Made by a program: the position numbers and the translations under genes
DNA from: Amoebidium appalachense
Taxonomy: Eukaryota; Protista; Ichthyosporea
Reading direction: 5' to 3'
Assembly: GCA_963693365.1 (NCBI GenBank)
Contig: CAVNZM010000005.1
Location: forward strand, 4,967,167-5,031,166
Length of the DNA stretch: 64,000 nucleotides
The notes under the pieces: model-generated
What the model was told of the DNA's origin: nothing
What the model saw: only the letters and a program-made list of their open reading frames with translations
Database searches by the model: none
Shown here: piece by piece, positions 54,075 through 64,000 of the stretch
Layout: each line of letters starts with the position of its first letter
How positions within the stretch are numbered: the first letter of the stretch is position 1

Positions 54075-56043
54075 GAGGGAGAGAGAGAGAGGGGGGGGGG
54101 GGGGGGGGGGAGGGGCCGCATTTGATCGGTTTATCATCTCCCCACCTCTCCCCCCCCCCCCTCCCCCGCTCTCTAACACCCTCACACACACTCGCACAGG
54201 GTGGTGTTTTGTGGTCTTTTGGAGCGCCCATGTGATGGTGGGGTGTTTGTAGTTTTGTGGTTTGAATGCCATGGTTTATCCCGGGGGGAAAGGGGGGGGG
54301 GGGGGGGGGGGGGGAGGGGGGGATTGAAAACGTACCCGTGGTCTTCCTGTACCCGACAGTGTGTGTTTTTAATTAGTCATCAGTCATCACCTAAGTAGTC
54401 ATCATTATGCTCGGTAAAGCTAGGTCGGGCAGCATGCATAGCTGCGTTGTGGTCTAAACATATCCAAACACGTGTTATTGCCAAATCGAGCATAGTTGCT
54501 AACCCCACACACCAATCAGATTGTGGCGTGGGAGACACCCGGGGCAGACACCATTGAGGTCTATGTGGTGTATGGGTTTGCCGGGTATCAGCTGGATGAC
54601 GTGTGGAAGGTCACACACACCCCGGGCAAGGTGTGTGTGTGTGTGTGTGTGTGTGGCTGTATCATAACCGTGCTCGTCAAATCTTCAGTCGGTTTTTATC
54701 GGCTAGGTGTTGTTCCGTGTGCTGGTGTTCCTTATGTACACACATTTCCCGCAGCCTGGGGCCATCATCTTTATTCATGGATTCTTCTTCTTCTTCTTCT
54801 TCTTCTTTTTGGTAGCGGGGAGGGGAGGAGAGGGGGGGGAAGGGGGAAGGGGAGGAGGGGGCGTGGGGAGGGAGTAGGGGGAGAGGCGAGGAGGGCTTGA
54901 CCTTGTGGGGAAAGATGTGGTCAGTGCAGGTGGAAAAGAAAATTCCTTAGCGAGCAAGGGATAGAGAGTTTGAAGAGGGGGAGGCCATAAATGTTGTGAG
55001 GGTGGGTCCCCTGGGGGGGGGGGGGGGGGGGGGGGGGAAGGGGGCATGCGCTAACCACCTGAAGGAAATGGGTGGCGCGGGGGGGGGGGGGGGGGGGGAG
55101 GGTTGATTCTTCCCTTGGAAGTAGAGGAGGGGATGATAGTGTGTCTTTCTTGTTTGTTGTGCTCCTTCTATTTTATTCGCTTCCAATGAACAAAGAAAAA
55201 TAAGGCTTCAAGGGGTATGCACGAGGTGGTGGTTTCCATCCATCTTTTAGAACTGAAATGTGACCTTTCATGTAGGGTGGCAGTCATTGGTCCAAAGTCA
55301 CGTGCTCCGGAGAGGCCCCCGGTGCCCGCTCTGTGTTTGCCGGTGCAAAGGGTACCATGGGTGGAAGGTTGGCACCGTTACTCCCCCCCCCTTCTCCCCA
55401 TTCCCATGTTGCACACACTTGATGTGTGTTTGGTTTTGCTTGTCAATCTGTATTTTGCTTCGGTTTTCGTCGCGTATGTTTGTAGTTTGTGAATGTAAAC
55501 CCCCCCCCCCCCCCCCCCAACACACACACACGCAACAAAAACCCCTTGTGTTTGTTACACCACTCCTTTCTCTGTGTGCGTACATTTTGTGCATGCCACC
55601 CGTTTTGCCCCTTGTACTCTGCTATTTTTCTCCATACTTATTTCTGTGTGGCCGATGATAAACCCAATTGTCACTCAGTTCGTGGATCATTGCTGTCTTC
55701 TCTGTCATATCCAAAAGCGAAAACAACAACAATAATCCACACACAGTGCCACCACACCCAAAGGCAGACAATACTCCTCCTCTCCTCACCCCCACTCACC
55801 CCTGCTCAACCCTACGTATACTCGTGTTCTTATCTTGTATTTGCCCCCTTGCAGCTTGACGTACTTGTCTGAACTGTGTGTTATATTTGCCGCATGTAAC
55901 TTTTTGTTGTGTATGCTTTTTTGTCTCCCCGTTACTCTCTGACACATCCTAACCCCCCCCCCCCCCCCCAAAAAAAAAAAAAAAAAGGAACATGGCACAG
56001 GAACATGCACACACGTGTTGTGCGCACCCCAAGAACCAACACC

Positions 56044-56082
<39 letters not shown>

Positions 56083-56536
56083 ACGCGCGCATGCACGCAC
56101 GCACACACACACACACACACATACGCGCGCACGCGCTACGCGCGCGTGCGCGCACGCACACACACACTCACACACACACACACACACCCACACACCCACA
56201 CACCCACACACACCACACACCACACACACACACAAGCACACACACACATACACACAGGCGGGGTCTGTATGTTTTTGGCGGGGAGATGGAGGCTTCTGCA
56301 CTAGGTCATAAGGGTGCCGGCGTCTTCTATGACGATGCCTACTTTCTTGATGTCGACACCCTCACCTGGCACTGCATTCAAAAAGGTAGCCCTCCCACCC
56401 CGTCGAAACTCGGGTACTGTGGGTGACGTGGCCCCCCCCTGAGGATGGGCTCTGCTTATTATGCATAATCTTTATGTATGGTTTGCATTCTGCATCGTGT
56501 TATCCGTTGTTCTTCTTCGTACTTTTTGACGCATTC

Positions 56537-56571
<35 letters not shown>

Positions 56572-57938
56572 TTCTCTCCCGGGGCGCCCTATGTCAATGC
56601 CAATTCGTTTTGGGACTCGGTGCCTTTCAGCTGGGACACAGAAATATTGTTGGCTAAGAAAGTAATCATTTCCCGAAGTGACTGGGGACCTCCGCAAAAT
56701 CTCTCCCACCGTCTATGTCCAATGATACACAATTATTTTTCTTGCTCACCTCTCTCACCCGATTGTTCTACGTAAGTTGTGTATGCATTCCTGACCCCTC
56801 CCCCCCCTCCCCTGCATAAGTAACCCTGCTCGTCTCTGATCAAGACGGGTGACCCACCCAGATTCAAGTGAAACAGTATCTGAGTTGGGTTTCGTTAACG
56901 AGGTGAATGGGTCGAAACTCGGGTACTGTGGATGACGTGGGCCCCCCCTGAGGATGGGCTCTGCTTATTATGCATACTCTTTATGTATGGTTTGCATTCT
57001 GCATCGTGTTATCCGTGGTTCTTGTGAACTTCGTACTTTATGACGCAATCAACCCCCCCCCCCCCCCGCACGCATGCACACACCGCTCTGTTGGCGACAG
57101 CTCCCTTGGAACCCATGCGGCATGTTACCCGCCGGCGTAACATAACTCGGACTATCGGTTTGGCTTTTTTCAAGCCCAAAGCAATGGGTGATACCATATT
57201 TCCGGCTGACATCCGGGGGCATAGCTTTCCGTTCGAAGACGATAAAGTTCCGCCCTAGTAAGCGTGTTACTACCCTGCGGCGTGGGTCAAATCTCATATT
57301 TTCCCCTCTGATTACGAATTCTGTGGCCTTCGGGACTTAATTCTTTTCAGCTGGTGTAGTATGTTAGCCAGGGAAGTATCGACTTAGGTATCGACGGGGG
57401 AGCTTCCTAGAAGCCCCGTCTCCTGAGTTCCTATCTATATTTTTCTTGCTTCTGCTTACTGCTGCAACTTTAACCCCCGGCCTTTCCCACTGCCCTTGCC
57501 TGCATAAGCAACCCTGCTCGTCTCTGATCAAGACGGGTGACCTACTCATGTTCAAGTGAAACAGTATCTGAGTTGGGTTTCGTTAACGAGGGGAATAGGT
57601 CGAAACTCGGGTACTGTGGATGACGTGGGCCCCCCCTGAGGATGGGCTCTGCTTATTATGCATACTCTTTATGTATGGCTTGCATTCTGCATCGTGTTAT
57701 CCGTTTGTTCTTGTGTACTTCGTACTTTTTGACGCATTCAAAACCCCCCCCCCCCCTCCCCCCCCCCCCCCACACACACACACACACATACACAGAACAC
57801 ACCGGCAACGGCCCATCCGCACGGGGTTGGCTGCCAGCCACTGCGGTGACGTCAGACGGAGTGACCCAAGTTGCCATTTTTGGTGGCCTCTCTCCGGACA
57901 ACGAGCGACTTGGGGATACGTGGGTGCTCACCTGCTGA
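51337..57938 (+). CDS. Kelch-repeat beta-propeller, nitrile-specifier protein (NSP5)-like, about 347 aa
   Basis: Phase-consistent exons 51337-51547, 52230-52377, 53692-53902, 54520-54630, 55276-55367, 56258-56385, 57796-57938. Motifs [83 protein letters not shown]. Confidence 0.88.
52480..52815. mobile_element. MITE-like element with TAG...CTA termini, ~50-bp imperfect TIRs and internal gatatact repeats
   Basis: tagacactttttactataacac...aagtatatcg is inverted relative to cgatatacttatactatac...atagtaacacgtgtcta; TTAT on both sides (AT-rich, so the TSD is uncertain). Confidence 0.65.
56401..57743 (+). mobile_element. Head-to-tail array of three 5'-truncated copies of the poly-C-associated element in the last Kelch intron
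   Basis: Repeat cores at 56401-56538, 56811-57052 and 57499-57743, each followed by a C-run. Upstream segments 56600-56745 and 57320-57450 share gggact..tttcagctgg..atttttcttgct. An ORF remnant ends at 57258. Confidence 0.75.
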
Positions 57939-58405
57939 ATACGAGCAAGAAGTTTCCGTGGTGCCCTTTCCCCCCCTTTTCCCTCTCCTCCCCAACCGAA
58001 TTTTTCCAAACGTTATTCTTCCCCAATTAAGCCCCCCCTCCTCCCTCCTTTTTCATCCACCCTTTTCGTTGTTCTACACGCATGTATTGACACCACGTTT
58101 TTTTCATCCCTTTAGTATGAAAGGGTAAGCCCCTGCATAGTAATAGTAACGCACAGGTGCGTGTGTTTTTATGTTTTGTTACTCCCACTCCTTTTCATTT
58201 TCGTATGTACTCACTGTGGTTTTATTAAATACAGGAAGTTCTCCCCCCCACTTTTGATGAAGCAAATTGATTTATAAACCTTGCAGTGCGTAATCATAGT
58301 GGCTGGCCCACCAGGCATGCATGCTGTTACAGTAATCGAAGAAATTGCTCATGAAGCAGATAAAATAATTGCGAGTTAATTTGATACACGCATATATGTG
58401 ATGCT

Positions 58406-61400
58406 ACGGCAAGGGGTACACTTTCCACCTACCCCCACAGACACAGCACCACACACCGGCACAAACACCCCCGTGTGTGACGTCTGTAGCCTTCGCCGAC
58501 GACACAACATGGTTTGGCCCCAACAAGGAGAGCATCCAACAAACTCTCGATTTATCTGCCCCCTTTTTTTATTACCATGACTTGGAACCACACCCAGACA
58601 AGTTTTCAGTCCTCGCCCGTGGTACCCCAACACGGGCAACAGTGGCCCCCATGCAGTACCGCAAATCCCCGGGAGCACCACCCCTACCCATTCAGATCGA
58701 GCTCCCCGATGCAAACATCAGAGTGCTAGGGGTCAACATCACCCTCCAACGACACACCCGGCCCAACGATGGGAAGGCCATGCAGCTGACATTACGGGCC
58801 ACCACCATACTAGCCCGTAAAATGCTGGCACCCAGCCAAGTGATCTACGTAGCCAACAGTGTGGTGGCCCCGGCCATCCTCTTCCTCCTCAAAGGGTCAG
58901 TCATCAGCAACACCACCATGCAGGCAATCGACAGCAAGTGGAGAGACCTACTCCGTCGGAAGTGTGGTTTCCACCGGAGCACCCCGTCCGGGCTGCTACA
59001 CCATCCCACTCTAGGGGGACTGGCCAGCATCGTCGAATCAGCAGCCAGCACCATGGTTACGGAGCTGTGTGCCCTGCTGGAAACACCAGGACCAGCAGGG
59101 GACGTGGTCCGGTACCGAGCCTGGCAGCAGCAACACGTGACAGGCCTACCCTACCCACCCCTGCAAGCACCCCCAGCCAAACTTTACAGGCTAGGGGGAA
59201 AGCAGCTCCACAACTATTGGGCCCATATCACGGGGATCCTTCACGAGCGGCACCTGAGTATTGGGGAAACCCCTCCCCAAAAAAACACAAGCACCCCCAC
59301 CCCACCCCCCCCCCCTCCCCCCCAAGGAGAAGGAGGGGAAGCAGCAACAACAACCAGCACCCCTATCAACACCGTTTTCCCGGACCACACCTTTGCGGCC
59401 CACATCGGCCCCCACACACACCCCCGTCAACTCTACACGGTGGAGGACACCATGGTACGGCCGGGGGTGTTCCGGGCGTTCCCCGAACTGCCCCACCCCC
59501 CAGACCTACTACACCCGGGAGCTACACAGTGGTACAGGTCCATCATCAAGGGGGCCATCCCCATCGCAGACAAACTACGGCCAGCACCCAGACCACACAC
59601 CCACCACACCATTGACCTCGTGCCAAACCACCCCGTCGGTGCATTCGTGGTGGAAATAGTCAAGAACGGGCAATACGAACTCAGCCAGGTGGTGGCCCAC
59701 ACCACCCACAACGGGGAGGCTTGGGTCAAAATAGCCCATCTACGGGACAACACAGAGGAGGAGGGGCTGAGATGGCACCGACCCACGTGGAACGACCCAC
59801 ATGGAACAGCCCATTTCCGCTTTTGCCCTGGTGACTGCAAATACGGCCACTCCCCATGGAACCTAGCCTACACCCCGGCCACCCTCTCCCCCAACCCCGG
59901 GTACGCAGACGGAGAGGGGGAAGGGTTAGACACGGAGCCAGAATCGGAGTCGACGGGGCCCAGCGACGACTCCGAGGACTCAGAGGACTCTAACACCGAC
60001 AGCACCAACAGCAAATACGAGCCCCCTGAGCCCCCAGCCGATAATCACACCCACAACAAGCAGTGTGTGGGGTGGACCCGTGCGGTGGAGGTGATACGGG
60101 CAGACCCCTACGTGGCCTTCAAGACCCGAATCACCACCCACATGGTAGTCCCGAAGTACCACAAGGACTTCATCAACACCGACAGTATCGACATCTACCA
60201 AGTCATCGCACTGAAGGATGGCTCCGATCCGGCCGAGCAGTGGAGGAAGATACACCATTTCCGGCGGCATCTTCCCCCCCACCAACAGGCATCACCCCAG
60301 ATGCTCCACCTGCAAGCCAACGAGGAAGCCACACCCTTACCGGGGGACCTCCCCGGCCCACCCCCCCCCCCAGCAGCCACCACCGGTAGGGTCACCACCA
60401 GGACACAAGTGCACGGCCCACCCGGCTGACCTGCCGAGCCCACCCACTCCCCGTAGGCTCACCTACACCGACTTGGTGCCCCAGGCCACCTATGACGAGT
60501 GGCAGCAGCAAATCACCCTGATCCCCCCAGACCAACCGATCACCGTTTATACGGACGGCAGCCTCATCCACCCGGGCAGGAGGATAGCCCAGGCCGGAGC
60601 CGGGGCGGTACTGGACACCCCGGACCGGAAAGCACCTCCAGTGACGGCCAAGACCAGGCTCCATACGGCCCTATCATCCACCCAAGCCGAACTCACAGGG
60701 GTACTACTAGCCCTCCTGCTCACCCCCACCACCACCCCCATCCACATCAAGCTCGATAACCTCGGAGTAGTCGACCGATGGACGGCAAATATAGACCCCA
60801 CCACACCCCCTCGACGCAAGCTAAAGTTCCCCCACATAGTGGAATGGGCTCACGTACGAGACCAACTCTCTCTCCGGCAACCAGGCTCTGTACAGGTATC
60901 GTGGGTGAAGGGGCACCAATCCAACACCAAACGGTACGGTCAACGGAATAACGAGGCAGACAAGGCAGCCAATGCAGGAAGAGTCCTCCCCCCTCCCCCC
61001 CCCCCCCTACCTCCGGCCCCGGGGGGGGGGAAATACTTCCTACGACTACAAGGCCACCGTATCCCCGGCAACATTCCCGGTACACTGAACCGGTTGAACA
61101 AGGACTTCCTCACCGACATGGCCGGCAAGACCAAGGCTATGTCCATACTAGCCGACCCCAGACTGCTCCCAGCCGAACGGAACCCCCTCAAGCTCAACAA
61201 GGGGCCCACACAGGCAACCATCGGGGCAGTCAGAGGAAACACTCGTAGCCTGTCCCTGGCCATGGGCACCCTGCCTACCATGGCACGGCTACACCGAGAT
61301 CACCCCACCGTCGTTACACAGCCCACATGCCCCCGGTGCAGCCAGCACCCTGAGACCACCACCCACCTCTGGGCCTGCCCGGCCCATGCCGGGGAAGTCC

Positions 61401-62331
61401 CCACCCTGACCACCGCCATCACAGCCTGCATCCACAACGTCCTGCACACTCGTCATCCAAACACCCCCACGGCACAGCACCACCATACGGCAGCCACGGT
61501 GGTAGACCAATGTGCATGGATAAACTGGATAGGAGGCAACGGTGACCCACCTGACCCCGAAGACACCAAGTGGGTCGAACGGGGATTCTGCCCACGATCG
61601 GTGGGCCCACTACTTGCAGCCACCGGCACCACCAAGACCACCACCCGGGCCATCTTAGGAAAAATCACAGTAGAGTTGCAATCCTTTTTCTTTTCAAAAA
61701 TTTGGCACCCACGGAACACAACACTCCCCCCCACCCACCCTAAAATGCAAAAACACCACCATATACCCACCACCCGTAGAAAGAAAAGTATGGCTCTCCA
61801 AAAACCCAAAAAACCAACAAATACACCCCCCACACACACCCGGCCGGCCTGTTCTGAATGCCGGAACACCCACAGACCCGGTGTGCCCTGTAAAACCCAC
61901 CTTTTAGTCCACAAAAACATCGCCACAACATACGTACACCAACACATAATGTTAGGCAGCAACCCCCCACCACCACCACCACCACACCCCATCATCCACC
62001 CATACCCACCGTAAATATTATACACAACACCTAGGACTTCCCTTTCCCAATACTGTAGATCGACCAATGAGAGCCCTCGGTTAACGTTTATTGCTAGGTT
62101 TTGAATGGAGGGGAGGACTGGAGCCTCCTGCCGGCGTGGCTGGGGTAGTAGCCCTGGGCAAAGTGTGTACTTATAGTTAGGTTGTGAAGGATGGTTTAGC
62201 TTAGCTGAACTCATAGATAGCACCTTAACTAGTGTACTGTCGGTGCTGTGTGGTAGACGGTAGTTTCCCTAGAGGGCCTGAAAAGGCCCTCCAGGAACAA
62301 AACGTGATAAAAAAAAAATATATATATATAT
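58406..62331 (+). mobile_element. 5'-truncated non-LTR retrotransposon with RT C-terminus, RNase H and zinc finger; 14-bp TSD
   Basis: ORF 58477-60429 (VAFADDTTW, RVLGV) shifts frame at the C-run near 60360 into ORF 60218-62014 (VYTDGS, SSTQAEL, LDN, WVKGH, NNEADKAA; CPRC..ETTTHLWAC). A-tail then (TA)n at 62309-62331; ATATATGTGATGCT at 58392-58405 and 62332-62345. Confidence 0.92.
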
Positions 62332-64000
62332 ATATATGTGATGCTGATATTGCATTAGTAAAACAAGGGTTATCTATTGGCATTCGTGCTGTTATGCCCC
62401 CCCCCCCCCCCCCCTCGAGCTCTCCCTCCCTCCCTGAAACTTCGTCCCTCCCTCCCTCCCTGCTCAAAAAAAGAAGAAAGAGAAAAAAGAGAGAATCCGG
62501 AAAAGGGGAAAAAAGAGAGAGAGAGAGAGAGAAAAGATCAGTACTGCATAGTGCTATATTTAAAGTCTAGATCTCGTATCGGATATTTCTACTTTTTTAA
62601 GTTGTTTCCAAAAAAAAAAAAAAAAAAGTGTGATATCTAAGCTCGTCGCAATGCGCATGCTGCGATCATGCATGCACATTAATTTCTACATGGCCGTCCA
62701 CATTCTCCCGCCGCGTGGCACCTTCTCCCCGAGGCTCTCAGCACGTGTGTGCACAGGCAGAGCTGACAGTATGACACCTTCAACACTATGTTTTAGAACA
62801 AACTTTGGCCAGGCCTATAGTGGTGTGTGCAGCCTAATGAATTGGAATGGATAAGATTTCCGTTGTTGCAATTGGATTTTGATGCCTCCAGGTATGTATG
62901 CACTGACCCGTGTAAAAATGCATTCAGAATCGAGATGCTAAAGGCGTGACCGTCTCGTCTACATCTCCTTTTCCCTTTCCGTCAGCTTTTCCACACACCC
63001 CGTCACATACGTGCACACACACACACCGTGACACACGTGTGTGGCACTGTACCACACGACACGTACCAGCACCGTGCTGACAGAAGTCGACGGACGTCCG
63101 GACTGAGCCTGGCCCGCCGGGGCGAGCCCCGCAAGGGCTTATCGGCGTCATCAAGTCGCCATGCCTAATCACTTTCTAATCCAATCAAACCGTGGAAACA
63201 GATTAAAAAGTGCTTAAATTGATTTAACTACTGTAATGAAGCAATCATATTTGTATTATAACATAACTAATTATACTCTATCGCCGCTCACCGTCTGACG
63301 ATGTACGCGACTCATCCTTCAGCCGAAACGCGCGGCTATAAATAGCCCACTGGGCCACTGTTATGCAAAACAAGTGAGCGTTCGAACTTCAGTCTGAAGT
63401 GGCAGCTCCTTTCATTACACATCGCATCAGTTCTGGCAGGCAACTTTGTGCAAAACCTCATATTCAATGATAGAGTTTGGGAGCTTAGAAAGCACATATT
63501 TTATTTTTTCTCGGTTCTAGTCATCTCTGTTCATTCTCAGTGCGTAACAATAGGATAGTTATGTACATTGTAGCCTGAGTTCACACTCACAAATTGGAGC
63601 TGCGTGTTTGTATTTCAAAGGGATACAGCAGATATTCTGTAAACCGTTTTTTCCCCCTGTCACCACAGCTTGGAAAAAACTGTGTTCTGAAGCGTAGATT
63701 TATGTTTTCTTTCTTTGTCACCTTCTTTTTTTTTTCGAAGTGATCTACCACCTACAACGCTCGACAGAGCTTCTGCTTCCAGAGCTTTCTACCAGCAAAT
63801 TTGGGTTACTCTGCAACAACCACACAACAACCTTTTAGAAGACAAAAAAAACAAAAACAAAAAACAAAACAATCTGTCTCGTTTGTGATATAGTTAAAAA
63901 TGACGGGCAGTCACATCAACACTGGCCACTGGGGGACTGAGCCCGGTGAGCATAGTCCAGAAGCACGCGAGCTCCGTCGAATGCTCAATCTCCGTTCTGA

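Noticed and set aside
57618-57660. SECIS-like hairpin ATGAC-GTGGGCCC...GGGCTCTGC in the repeat
   Set aside because: The 3' side reads TTAT in the copies examined rather than the required NGAN, and no in-frame UGA selenoprotein ORF is evident.
63170-64000. CCAAT/TATA-like motifs and a possible gene start (MTGSHINTGHWG.. at 63900)
   Set aside because: Too short, cut by the window edge, and no recognisable domain.

Overview
Eukaryotic genomic DNA with GT-AG introns filled with poly-C/poly-G, (CA)n/(GT)n and (CT)n repeats. Most ORFs in the supplied track are translations of these repeats, so I assembled spliced gene models by hand and checked intron phases. Genes: THOC3/TEX1-like WD40 (+, 830-6797); DEAH helicase-RBR E3 ligase fusion (-, 9725-17266); Peter Pan/SSF1 (+, 20352-31168) with an intronic tRNA-Trp; Nudix hydrolase-class I glutamine amidotransferase fusion (-, 33651-41558); OTU + CXC + Myb-like protein (+, about 44839-50062); nitrile-specifier-like Kelch protein (+, 51337-57938). 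Mobile DNA: two 5'-truncated non-LTR retrotransposons (one with RNase H and a 14-bp TSD); a nested cluster of short TIR elements with 9-bp TSDs next to a RecQ-like helicase fragment; several MITE or foldback elements; and a structured repeat of about 250 bp that sits in poly-C tracts and is probably the 3' end of a Penelope-like retroelement. Best leads: the Nudix-GATase fusion, the poly-C-associated element with covarying RNA stems, the 9-bp-TSD/RecQ transposon family inside a duplicated PPAN promoter, and splice acceptors preceded by (CA)n. Family assignments come from motif recognition, not database searches, and the organism cannot be identified from this window.
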